Of a DNA stretch of 64,000 bases, positions 37,926-51,199 are shown piece after piece (position 1 is the stretch's first letter; every line of letters begins with the position of its first letter). Below the pieces are notes generated by a model. That model did no database searches, was not told the origin of the DNA, and saw nothing but the letters and a program-made list of their open reading frames with translations. The stretch is from assembly GCF_009914755.1 (NCBI RefSeq), contig NC_060939.1; one strand, given 5' to 3'. Source of the DNA: the human T2T-CHM13v2.0 reference genome, Homo sapiens. The position numbers and the translations under genes were made by a program.

Positions 37926-38331
37926 TCTAGGTATGTCGACTTATCCATTCCTAAGGCTTCAATGCCAGGGACTTGTTGCGTCTTTAAGCTACATCTCTCT
38001 CCTGAGCTCCAATGCCTATTCAACTTCTCCATGCAAAGGGGTCTCAAACTCAGCATGTCACAAACCAACCTCAGCTTTGGCCACACTCACACTCATCAAA
38101 CTGCCCCAGATCTCTCCTTTTCTCAGTGGATAGCGTCACTTATGCCAATCACGAACTCAAGAATCAATCTTCACCCTTCCATCCCCTTCCGCAAGTCCAG
38201 TCAGGAAGCAGGTTATGTAATTCTACTTCTAAAACATCTCCCATGGGCATCCCTTTCTATCACTGTTGCTACTGCCATGCGTCAGGTCTCTTTATCTCTT
38301 GTCTAAGAGATCACAATATTCCAGTTAGTCC

Positions 38332-38904
38332 TGCGGTAGATGGTGTTTACCAAGGTAGCTGTGCCAATGTCTCCATCCCCCATGTCTTATGCAGTATGAC
38401 CTTGCCTCCCCCACATCAAGAGGTGGAGTCTATTTCCCTTCTTCTTAAGTCTGAGCTGGCCCTGTGACCTATTTGACCTATTTCAACCCATAAAAGCAGC
38501 ACGGTTGTAATGTGGAAGTAACTTCCAAGGTTGACCTTAAGAGATCTGCCTTTGCCACTTGGAATGCTCCCTCCTGGAAGTCAGGCCCTGTATAAGAAGT
38601 TCAACTGCCCCTAAACCACCATTCCATGAAGAATCCTAAGCAACTCTCTTCCCACTAGAGAGAGAGAGAGGCCATGCAGAGGAGCACTGGGGTGCCAGGC
38701 AGAAGGATGGAGCTTCCTCAGACCTTCCAGTCCAGCCCAGCCCAACCACCAGCTGAGCCACAGCCAAACCATGAAGAGCAGAACTTCCCAGTCCTGCTCT
38801 GCCTGGATCCCTGACCCAAAGCAAGTGAGGAGCAAATAAAATGTTATTGTATAAAGCCACTACATTTTGGAGTAATTTATTATACAGCAATTGATAACTA
38901 AGAC
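38332..38904 (+). mobile_element. MLT1F/H-like MaLR LTR inside L2 sequence
   Basis: 'catcaagaggtggagtctatttccc...aagccactacattttggagtaatttattatacagcaattgataactaagaca'. Confidence 0.75.
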
Positions 38905-40844
38905 AGTTCCTCTGCCTCTAGTCCTGCTACTCTAGATCCTTGCCATCTTGCCACCAGCACTGTGTTCCTGAACTCTGCTGGGATCATGCCACTGTCTTCC
39001 CTATAGAATCCATGCCAAGCTTCTTAACTCTTTGCTAAATATCCTTCTTAGTCAGCCCCCTTCTCTCCTGCCCAACTTCAGCTTTTGTGACTCCTTTTTT
39101 CACGCTTGCCTTTCCCAGTTCCCTCAAGGCCCCAGACATTCATCACCCCATGAGTTGTACCATGTGATCCTATATCCCTGAAATAGTCTTCCTTCATCCA
39201 AACTATACCTGGTATAAACCTAATGCCTCTGAAGTCTTAGAGGACCAATAGCTCTCAACTATGCAGCCCCTCTGCTAGCACCACTTGTCTACCGTCCCCT
39301 TCCTAGACCTGACCATATGCTGGAATCACTAGGATACACTGTTAACAACATACATTTCTCAACTTCTTCTCAACCTACTGAATCATCGCCTGTGGCTGAG
39401 GCCTACAAATATGGATTTTTGAGGCACTTCAAGAGTTACAGACACAGCACAGCAGAAACTGGTATTAGGGCTGATTTTGTATTGTAATTATTTGCCGAGT
39501 TGCCTCTTCTCACCACTAGGCTGCCGTTCCCATAGGGCAGTAACCACCCACTCATCTCTGTGTCCGTGGGTTTAGCCTCCTCCCCTATTGAGTACAGGAA
39601 TGAAGGAGCGGCTTTCAGGAGGTCTGAAATGCAAGTCAGAAAGGCCAGGAAGTCAATGTCCTTCTTGAAGGAAGAAAGAAACCAAAGAAGCCAGGAACTG
39701 GACCTCAGTTCTTGTGCTCATCACCTGCAGCTCAGCACAGTACTTCCCACACTTGTCCCCTTAGTAAGCCCCCAGAGTACAGAGACCGCATCTGATTCAT
39801 CTCTCTATCCCAGAGCCTGGTCTAGTGCTTGGAATATAATAACTGCCATAAAAATTGATGGAATGAATGTTTCTTGTAAGCCAAGAGGAAACAGACCAGT
39901 TCTGATGGAGGCTTCTCCTATGGTTGGTTTCAGGCCATGTCCCTCAGGCTTGGTCTTGGTAACACTGATCCTAGCTGTTCATAGACATTCCCTCCCACAC
40001 TTCATCCAGTTCTGAAAGGGCTGGATGCCAGTTAAGTGTCTGCCCTGCATAAAAGATCTGCCTACAGCTACCTATGAACTCTTGTTTAATTTTCACTCAC
40101 AAAATGCTTCCGTACATCTCTGTGTCTGAGGGTGCTGCGTCATTATATCAAATCCCATGACTATATCCAGAAAGGTTAATGTTTATTTCTTCTGTGGGGT
40201 TCCACCCTGAGTAGGCAACCTCTAGCTAAGTGTTCAAGAGAACAGTTACTGATTTATTAAGGATGGAATGAGACAAATAGAGGCATTAATGACACAAAAT
40301 CTGCTGAAAGGGAAATCAAGTGATGTAGTGTTTTCCTGAACAAGACATACTCTCTTTGGCACTAAATATTCAAAAGGCAGTTAAGGAGCTATCAATTCAC
40401 CGTAACTATTTATTTATTGAAATCAGATTTTGTATATTCTTACCCATCTTTACAGATTTTCTGTTAAAAAAATGTTTTTCTCAGAGATGTGTTTCTGGAG
40501 AACAATGAGAAAGATAGAGGTTTTGATTATGCAAAATCATTTTCATACTTTAACAAAGAGATCCAGAATTTAAATCGGAGTCAGCCCTACAGGGAGCTAC
40601 ATCAATAAACAAATAGTCCCTGATGCCTTTGAGGGCCCTGAAAATGTTTCATGCACTAGCTGGCAAGCAAACATGACCAGCCCTTTTCCTTTAATTTAAA
40701 GCCGTTTATCCGCTGGTGGGTTTGATATTTGTGTTGAGAGTGAACCGAAAGGCTGCCAGCCAGTGATGCTCATTAATTCAGAGCTTTCCTGCAGAGCTTC
40801 ATTCCTGCTTTTCTGTAGCATGGGCTCCCAGGATTTCCTGCCAA

Positions 40845-41012
40845 ATGGGACATGGCCTTGTCCCTGCACCCGCAGGCTTCTCAAAGAAGCTTGTTTTTCC
40901 CAGTGACGTCTCACACCTCAATCAGCCCATGGGACATGGCCTTGTCCCTGCACCCGCAGGCTTCTCAAAGAAGCTTGTTTTTCCCAGTGACGTCTCACAC
41001 CTCAATCAGCCC
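40845..41012. repeat. Perfect 84-bp tandem duplication (2 copies)
   Basis: 40845-40928 identical to 40929-41012. Confidence 0.97.
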
Positions 41013-41924
41013 AACTGTAGCATAACTGACTTTAATCGTGTAAAGTTTTTACTTTTCTTGAATCAGAGGTTCAACTCTCAGATTTAGTCCTTGAATTGAA
41101 TAGCTGTGCAAGAAAGAAGCTGATGTGAATATCATGCACTTAGTTTCTATCTAATTGCATTTATTTAAAATATGTGTTTGTGAACCTGTCATATGCCAGG
41201 CACAGTTCTAAATGGTGAGGATACAGAAAGTAAGCAAAACAGACCATGTGCCTGCCTTCATAAAGTTTACATCATTTGTGAAGACAGACTATAAGTAGAC
41301 AAAGAAATAAGATCACTTCATATGGTGAACTGTGCTATGAAGAAGATAAAACAGAGTAATGAGATAAAGAGAAGGAAGCGTCTCTGAAGATGTGATATTT
41401 GAGCTGGGATCTGAGTGTTGAAGAGAAGCCAGCTGTGCAGGAGTCTGGGGGAAGAACACTCCATGCAGAGGGAATGGAAAATGCAAAGGTGCTGTGGCTA
41501 GAACAAACTTGGAAGATTTGAGTGTTTGTGAAATAGAAAATAATAATAATTAATTATTATTATGTAAATATATTATGTGAGTATATTATTTATATTATTT
41601 AAATGATATATATTACATAATGTATAATTAATGTCATAATATAATAAATATGTTATTGTAATATAAACATAGTATTACATATATGTAATGTGTGAGCAGC
41701 ATCATGCAATGCAGAGGGCATGGGGGGTATTCCCCCTGGAGCAGGTAAAATTATGAGGTTAAGTAACCATACATTGATAAGCTATATACAATGTCTTTAT
41801 CTCTCCACTCAATTTAGAATCTCCAGTACATGTGTATTACTTGGAATGCCAGGTATAAGACAACAGCTATTTATTCATTTCACATTTATTCAATACTTAC
41901 TTTGTGCCAGATGGAAGGCTAGAA

Positions 41925-42122
41925 TAGGGATAAACAAACTTTTTCTGTAAAGATTGTGAGAGTGAATATTTTAGGCATTGTAGGCCACATAGGCTGTCTC
42001 TCACATACTGTTTTGTTCTTACCATGCTCTAAAAATGTAGAAACTGCTCTTAGCGTTAGGGCTGTACACAAAGAGCCTGCCGGTTAAGTTTCACCTGTGG
42101 GCTATAATTTGCCAACTCCTGG
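41925..42122. mobile_element. MER58-family MITE
   Basis: 'caaactttttctgtaaag...aatattttaggc...tttgccaactcctg'. Confidence 0.7.
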
Positions 42123-42464
42123 ACTTAAGGTGAACAAGACATGTCCCTACCTTAAAAATGCTCTAAATCTAGTAGGGAAGAAGATAAGAAATTATAATAC
42201 AGAGTGACAGAGAAGACTTCACAGCAGAATGAGAGGAAGGGAACTTCCTGCATTGTTATAAGGAAGGGCACTTAACTCTATATTGGAAAACCAAAGCATG
42301 CTTCCTACAGGAAGTGCCATCTAAGGTAATGAGTAGAAGCTGACCAGGTGAAGAGGGGAAGGTGAATATTCCAGGTTGAAAGCCAGCATTGGCAAAGGCC
42401 TGGAAATGAAAGAGACCACAGGACAAATTCTGGGAACTGCAGATCTCTTCATTATCTTTAAAAT

Positions 42465-43030
42465 CAAGGGCTATAAACTCAAATTTCTATAGAGGCCAGG
42501 TGGGTACAAATCACAGAGTACATAAAGCAGGCTATGGAAGGAGCCACAGCTCAGCAAGAACACTGCTAATCTTGGTGCCAGTGGCAAGGACACAGTAGGA
42601 GGTGATGGAGACGGTGCCCTGTCTAAGGGGCAGCTGGTGCTTAGCTTCTGCCTACTGGGGATGTGGCCCAATGTTAGCAAATCTGATTTTTCAGAAGACA
42701 AAAGAAGATGTTGATAGCTTTGATAGTTTCGAAGTTTAAATATCTTTGAAATATTCCATATTGGCACTTGCCTGTAGTCCCAGATAGTTGGGAGAATTAA
42801 GTGGGAGGATTACTTGAGCCCAGGAGTTTGAGCAGTGAGCTGTGATCATGCCACTGCACTCCAGTCTGGGTGACAGAATGAGACCGTCTCAAAAAATGTA
42901 TATATACATATATTAAATATATACAATTTTTTCAAAGATTGGTGATGCATTTTTATTCATTTTAACCACTGTGAAGAAACATGTCTGCACGCCAACTTTG
43001 TCCCGCTGGCCTCTGGTTTGCAGGCTCTGG
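42465..43030. mobile_element. MER102-like hAT element carrying an Alu monomer
   Basis: 'tctaaggggcagctgg...tgtggcccaatgttagcaaatctgatttttcag'. Confidence 0.5.
42763..42896 (+). mobile_element. Alu right-arm monomer (FRAM/AluJ-type)
   Basis: 'gcctgtagtcccag...cttgagcccaggagtttgag...gccactgcactccag...gtctcaaaaaa'. Confidence 0.85.
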
Positions 43031-44779
43031 GCTTCATCAAAAAGGACCAGAGATGAGACTAAAAGGGTCAGTCAGGGTCATGTATACTGGCTGATAAACA
43101 AAAAAAAGAAGAAGAAGCGGAAGAGGAAAAAGAAGGAGGAGGAAGAGGAGGAAGACCAGAGGAGGAGGAGAGAAGAAAAAGGAAAGGCTGGCCACTTCTC
43201 AGAGCTCAGGTGTAATTTGATGCTATGGTGCGTTGCATATTTTTTAAGGGAGAGGTCATGTGGATCAGCTAAGCTGTGAAAGTTGAACTTGTTTTTTTCA
43301 CCAAATGAGTCTGTTCATTTATTCCTTCATTAGCAAATGTCTACTGCACACCAACCATGTGCCAGCTCCCTTCTAGGCATTTAGTGTACATCAGTGAACA
43401 AAGCAGACTGATCCTTGCCCTCAAAGAATTTCTGTTCCAGGGAGTGAGAGGTGGTAGAGGAAGACAAAAACATTAAACGTAAATACATAAATCAATGTTT
43501 TAGGAGATGATAGGTTTCATAGAGGAAATAAGGGAAGGCATGAGGGATAGAGAGGAGGTGGAGAGGAACATGTAGTTGCAACTTGAAATAGACGAGTCAG
43601 GGCAGGCCTCCTGGAGAACAGAATTACAGATGAGGGAGTTGGCCATGCAGATATCTGGATCAGCATTACAGCAGAGGGAACAGCCAGTGCAAAGGCCCTG
43701 AGGACCGAGTGTGCCTGGTGTGTTGGAAGACCTACTAGGAGACCATGTAGCTAGAGGATAAACAGGGGGAGAGCAGTAATAGCAGCAGTAACAGTGGAAG
43801 GTAGAAAAAATAGTATTGGCTAACTCCTGCAGCTGTGTGCATATCTGTCAGAAGAAGAAAACCTCCATCACCCACAAAAGCCTCTCTATAAAGATACCGT
43901 CTCCAGCAACTGTTCCAAGGAGGCTATCAGCTTCCAGGCAGGCCCCAGGGCACTCTAGCCTAAGCCTGACACCTCGGAATCCTAGATTCCTAGACCAGTC
44001 AGTGGTCCTCAAACTAGGGAAGGCACATCTCTAGGGGTTGTTGGAGACTTTCTAAGGGATACCTGGACATGGACGGGCTAAAAGGAATCATCGCCCAAGC
44101 ACTCAGCCTCTGTGTAATCTGTACTAAAGCTGATCTGCCAAAGAATGACCCCCTTGCTCACCAACCCTTTGTCCACTTGACAAAAGAAAAGTAAAAGCAC
44201 GCCCATCCTCAGTCTCACTACGAGGCATTGTCGAAGGTTTAAAAGCCTCCAGAGCACCCAGCAGGGGAAAGCCCCTCAGTGAGTCACTGCAGCATCAGAT
44301 CCTTGGGGCTTCCGGCTTTCCTGCTTACTTATTTTCCTGTTGGGGTGCAGGAGTGTTAGGCATGCAGCCTCCTTGGGATGTTTTGAATTAGGTAAGAGTA
44401 GAGAGCAGTAGTGGGAGTAATAACAATTTTTGTTTAAAGACTTTGCCTCTCCTGTCCCCAGGCTATTGTCAAAGAACACATTGCTCTTAAGGGAGAATCT
44501 TGTTAGAGCAAAACAGACAATGCCGGCAGAGAGAGGGAATTTTACAATCTGCCTCTTTCACATATTTAAACATAGGCAATCGCCTGGCAAGGTGGCTACA
44601 ACTCCACCTGCCAGCCGCCATGCTTTCCATGAACTCCACCGTGTTACTTGGTCCAGATTAAGGAATAAGCTTTTGTGGAGAGGAGAATATTCACAAGGCC
44701 TGAGCCAATAAGGGAAGAGGGGCCAGGCTCCCAGGCTCCTGTGGGCCAAGGCCTGGGGATTCACTGGTCAGACAGCCCA

Positions 44780-45136
44780 TGTCTACCTTCCAGGGGAGGA
44801 GTTGTGTCTGGGACTGGGTCATTTTATAGAGCATCCGTAAGAAAGCAGCCTTGCCCATGGGGGACAGGTTGTTTGGGGCTTGGCATTTGGCTCTGATGTG
44901 CCAGCTGTTTACTGGGGTTGTCTGGCCTGCAAGCCGGCCAGCACCTGGGGCCTTGTAAAGTCCAGCTCTGTCTATCCGGGAAGGAAGCCACCAATCCCTA
45001 TACCTCCCCAGGAACTAAATAGCAGGGACAGGGAACCCCCGTTCTCTTTCTTTGCTCATTTCAGATTTCTCCTTCCCAATAAAGCTCCTAAACCCATACC
45101 ACGGGACACTGTGGAATTTGTTTAGAGCCCTGAACA
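44780..45136 (+). mobile_element. Putative ancient LTR, family unassigned
   Basis: TATA-like 'ctaaatag', then AATAAA, then a CA end followed by 'ttggaagtgg'. Confidence 0.3.
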
Positions 45137-46228
45137 TTGGAAGTGGTGACCCCTAAGGGACCCAACAGCCCCTTGCAGATGAACACTGCAGAGAGAAACC
45201 CTGCATGCTGAGGTTATGGCCTTTTGGAAAGAGCAGAAAAGATGAAGTAGGTTATTCCAGGGATGGGACATGTGCCCCATGGAGTAAAAGATGTCACTGG
45301 GATAGCAATCAGGCTTAGTTGGACCACTTCAAATGGAGCATGACATTGGAAGAATAAATGATCAGGTGGCTTTCGTGTCTAAAAGTCAACACAGCCCTGG
45401 AGGGGAAGTCATCCAGCACTGGGGGATGGTGGCTGGGGGCTGCGTGGTCTGCCAAAGGCACCAATATCCTCCCACCTCACTATGGGTCATGGGTGTCTAG
45501 GAATCCCCTCCGAGATTGCTAGCAGGGTTGCAGCAGCCTAACACCTTAGAAATCACCCAGGAGTTTGGAGAGGTCTGGTATAGATAGGGATGTAACAACA
45601 CTTAAAAAAATTAGGGTTCCCTGTCCTTCAGTCAAACCACCACCACAGGAGCAATGGCTGGATGCAGATATGAGTTTGCATCCAAAGAGTCAAGTAAATC
45701 TGCAGGCAGGCAGGCAATAGGGAGGGGTGACCCAGGGCCCTGCTGCAGAGCACATGGCTGGACTGATCCCAGGAGGGGTGGGGGACACTCGTGCCTTCTG
45801 GAAATAGGTGTCTGGGAGCAAAGAGTTCTCCAAAATGCTGAGTCCTCTGGGACACAGCCTGCCAAGTAGGATGAATCTCTGTCTGGAATGGAGGGGTGGG
45901 AGGAAGAATGGGTTCTGGGCTTTGGGCCAAGTTCGTGGGGAGCTGGCCAGCCACTGAGTCCCAAACGGGACTCAGAAAGTTCAGACTGAAGTGAACAGAG
46001 TTAGATGAGATAGGAAAATTAAAGCAATTGTTAAGGAAAGAAAACATTCAGAATTTTAAATATTCAAGGAGCAGGAGGAAATCATGTAATGAATTGGGTG
46101 AGGAGCTTCTGGAGGGGAGGACCCAGCTCTCCCTAGAGGTCAGGGTCCATCCTCCACAACCCCCTTACTCAGAGCTGCTCACAGATATTGTTGACAGCAT
46201 CTGGCGCCACCCCCATCAGGTACCAAGG

Positions 46229-46330
46229 GTCCCTCTCCCCTGCTGAGTCTGTTCAGACATGGGGCACTGGGGCTTCCGAGTCCCTCTCCCCTGCTCTGAG
46301 TCCGTTCAGACATGGGGCACTGGGGCTTCC
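46229..46330. repeat. ~51-bp imperfect tandem duplication
   Basis: 46229-46277 vs 46280-46330 differ by a 2-nt indel and one substitution. Confidence 0.9.
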
Positions 46331-48174
46331 CCGCCACCTTCATCCAAGTGAGGCATTACACCAAAAATCAGAGGAACCTCAGATATTCAAATGTTCAGCA
46401 TTTTTCACCTCCTATTAGCCAAAGAGAAAATTATAGCATAACTTCCAGACTGATTCATTTTTTAGCAATTGGATATTGTTCTCTTTCACTTACCATATAA
46501 GGAAAGTTTGATCATGCTGTTTCATAACATTGATGGAGTTATTACTCATCTTTATATTTGACTCTTAATTATTCTCCAAAGCAGAAGAACAATGTTTGAT
46601 ACATGCACGCATCCATATTTAGCAGATCTAGTTTACAGAAGTCCTTTGACATACATATAACAGTGACCTATACAAATTCAGAACAGAGGAGCTACATATG
46701 GATTTATGATCTTGTTCTTATTAATATTGTGAAATGGATAAATCACATTAGTGCTGCATCATTTTAACCTTGACTTGACTGATTTTATTATCTATCCTAC
46801 AAGATGGGTTCCATAATTTTTTGCCAGTAGTATTTATAATAGTCCTTGAAATGCTTATTAACGTGTTTGGTTGAATTGAAAAAACAATGTCAGATTTTTA
46901 TCTTAAGGGAAAATAAGAATTATTTGTCTGATTGGTTTTACAGTAAGGATTGACTTTGCCAAGTAGATTATATGGAAGTTACTTTTCACATATTTAATAA
47001 ACCAAACCTATAGTTCCAGGATTTTGATGAGAATACATTCAAAGCACATGATAACAGAAAAGCACTATATAAAAGTAGAAGGAAATTAATAACATTGATC
47101 TTTTCCAACAATTTAAAAAATACGTCTGATTAAACAAGGTGCCTCTAAGAAAAAGAATAGCTGGGATTATTAACAGTTAATTGACAGTATTGTAAAAGCC
47201 TTTTCTGTATACCTCCCAGGAATTGAAATAGGGAATCAGGCTCTAATGAATGAACAACAAGTCAGGCGGTTCCCAACTCTTTGTTCTTAACAAAATTAAA
47301 AATAATCTTGATTATAAATCTGTGTATAATTTTTGACAAATAACTCAAAAGGTAGTCAAACAATCAAGTGATGGTGATATAGCAAATTTCCATTTCTGTG
47401 TACTTTTTTATGTGAACATATTTTCTCAGTGCTAACATCTATTAAAAAAAGAGTAGTGATAATACAGATGTTGAAATCTGCTTCATTGCATAAATGTCAT
47501 ATTCATACAGAGACATATGAAATAATTAGGATAATGCCTCATCATCTCATTAACAAATGTATTTCCAATAAAAATTACTTATGTTTAATACAGTCATGTA
47601 TCACTTAACGCCAAGGATATGTTCTGAGAAAGGCATCGTTGGTTGATTTTGTTGTATGAACATCACAGAGTGTAGTTACACAAACCTAGATGTATAGCCT
47701 ACTTCACACCTAGGCTATATGGTAAAGCCTATTACTCCTAGGCTACAAACCTGTACTGCATGTTAGTGTACTGAATACTACTGCAGGTGATTGTAACATA
47801 ATGGTAAATTTTTGTATATCTAAACATTGAAAAGGTACAGTAAAAATACAGTATAAAAGGTTTTTAAATAGTACACTTGTCTAGAGCACTTCCCATGAGC
47901 GGAGTTTGCAGGACTAGCAGTTGCTCTGGGTCAATCAATGAGTCGTTAGTGAATGTGAAGGTCTAGGACATTTCTGTACACTGTTGCAGAATTTATAAAC
48001 ATAGTACATTTAGGCTTTATTTTAAAATATGTTTTTTCTTCAATAATAAGTTAACCTAAGCACACTATAACATTTTTACTTTATGAACTTTTAAATTTTT
48101 TCAACTTTTTGACTCTTTTGTGATAACACTTAGCTTAAAACACACATTGTACAGCTGTACAAAACATTTTCTTT

Positions 48175-48467
48175 TTTTTTTTTTTTTAGACAGTCTCACT
48201 CTGTCACCCAGGCTGGAGAGTACAGTGTCATGATCTCATCTCACTACAACCTCTGCCTCCTGGGTTCAAGCGATTCTCCTGCCTCAGCCTCCTGAGTAGC
48301 TGGGATTACAGGTGCCCGCCACCACGCCCAGCTAAGTTTTGCATTTTTAGTAGAGATGGGGTTTTGCCAAGTTGGCCAGGCTGGTCTCGAACTCCTGACC
48401 TCAAGTGATCCACCCACCTCGGCCTCCCAAAGTGCTGGGATTACAGGCGGGAGCCACCGACCCAGCC
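48175..48467 (-). mobile_element. AluS (Sz/Sx-like)
   Basis: Full dimer; TSD aaaacattttcttt at 48161 and 48468. Confidence 0.95.
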
Positions 48468-48852
48468 AAAACATTTTCTTTCTTCACATTCTTATTCTAT
48501 AAGCTTTTTTTAATTTTTAAAAATATTTTTAAGTTTTTTTACTTTTTAAACTTTTTCTTATTAGAAACTGAGACACAAACACATGTTAGTTTAGGCCTAC
48601 ACTGGGCCAGGATCATCAATATCACTGTCTCCCACCTCTATATTTTGTCCCACTGGAAGGTCTTCAGGGGCAATAACATGCATGGTGCTGTGTCATCTCC
48701 TGTGATAACAATGATTTCTTCTGGAATCCCTCCTGAAGGATCTGCCTAAGGCTGTTTTACATTTAACTTTTTTTTAATTCTACTTATTACTCATTCTACT
48801 TAAAAGTGCACTCCAAAATAGCAATAAAAAGTATAGTATAATACATACATAA

Positions 48853-49223
<371 letters not shown>

Positions 49224-51199
49224 TAGTTTTATACATCTGGCAGTGCAGTGGATTTGTCAAAACCAGCATCATCACAAACATGTGAGTAATGCATTAGGCT
49301 ACAACATCAAGATGGCTGTGTCCCTAGGTGACAGGAACTTTCTGGCTCCATTCTAATTCTATGAGACCACAGTTGTATATGCAGTCTGTCAATGACTAAA
49401 ATGTCATTATACAATGCATGATTCTAAAAATTCAATATATGTTTTTATTTTTGATCAACTATGTGCCAATAATAATTATAATTACAACCTATTACAGAAG
49501 ACTATTTTTAGCCCTTAAAGCCTTATGGTCACAGAAAAGAAAACAAATTTTAAAATTTGAATTTATAAGCCATAATCTTATTATGATAAGTATGATAGAG
49601 TGATCAATAAAAAGTTTTCAAGCATAAAACATATGTGCATTAATATAAAATCCTGTGGGAAAGTGGAATATAATATCATGGATAAAGGGAAATATAAAAT
49701 TTTAAAATGTTGAATAAAAAGAGTTTGTAGAGTTCTTAAGTGGATGAAGGGGGTCTCATATGAGTATGGCATTTAAATTCCAATGGATACTTTTTTAAAT
49801 TTTAAATTCTCTCTTTAAAACTACCATTTTTTATGACATATACCATATATATATATACCATATATACCATAATTTTTATGAAATATTAGAAATCATATCC
49901 TTTGCAACTATTTAAATAGAAGATTCAAACTTTTAGATATCAACTTTAAAATGTGCATTGAATCATAGTTTTTCAAAAAGTTGTTTAGAGGTACATGAGC
50001 AAAAAATGTTCGAAGAACACTATCCTACTTAGACCATTAGAACTTGAAAGACCGTAAGAATCAAGTAATCCAGCTCCAGCACATTTTCCCCAGCACCATT
50101 TTACAAATGAGAAAACTGAGCCCAGGGAGAAACAGAGTGAGTCTCTCACTACCACAACTCCAAGGCAGGCAGCTGGTCAAATCCAGTGTCAGCTGAAAAT
50201 TCCGGCTTTGACCTCCCCTCCAGTGATCATTCCTACACTATGCTGAAGAGCAACAAATACTCTCACAAGTGGTCAGTACCTATGGCAAATGCCACCCTTG
50301 CCACACTTGACTGCCCCCACTCTCTTTTCCATTCCCTCAGCATTTCATGCGGCTCCCTATCCAACTATCACAGATGGGCGACAGCTTTCGGCTCTTGCTG
50401 ACATTATCAAAATCACTGGGGCTGCTATGACAGAAAGGACAGCCAGGAGCCTGGAAAGACAATAGGAACAGACAGAGAGGAAGATAGGCGTCCGTGAGAG
50501 CGGCACCAAATGAAGATACAACCGAGACGAGACAGAGAGGAGGACATTGACTACACCTGCTCCATGCCCAGCCTCACACAGAGCTGATTACAGCTTAGCC
50601 AAGTGTGGGGCTGGAGGCAGCTAGAGTTTCCTTAGTCATTCAGTCTCTGTCCCATTCAATAACAGTTCTTTGGGTTCAGGAACAGGCATGGAAGCATTTA
50701 CTGGGGCATGACACTTGGGACCACAAAGACGGTAGGGCAGGAGAAAATGTCCAAGCCTGAATAACTAGAGATCAGTGCCTTTAAACTTGCAAAGGGGTAT
50801 AAATTACATGCACTGATAGCCAAGTCATGATGTTTCAGTCCTTATTAAACTTGATTTTAGAATCTCAGTTGATTGGTCACCATAAAAAGTATGTTGCCCT
50901 TGGGCATTAATAGCGTGCTACAGTTGTATCCTGAATTTTAAGGCTTAAGTCTTAAATTGTAAAGGAGATTAATACACTTGGTATTTTTAAGTCAAAAACA
51001 ACGTAAATATAAAATAAAACTTTTTCATAAACTATTTAATAAGTCAAACCAAGCATGATATTTTAGAATAATATATTGCTGCTATTTTATTTAAAACATT
51101 TATATTCATCAAAGATAAATTCAAAGACCGAAACAAAAAATGACAGCATCCAAATAACTTTCGCTGACATTTTAAAAGTAACCGTAATATAAATAAGAG

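Noticed and set aside
40845-41087. 80-aa ORF with a 28-aa repeat
   Set aside because: A by-product of the 84-bp duplication being a multiple of three.
41540-41690. AT-rich tract as a functional element
   Set aside because: Ordinary low-complexity (TA/TAT) sequence within L2 remnants.
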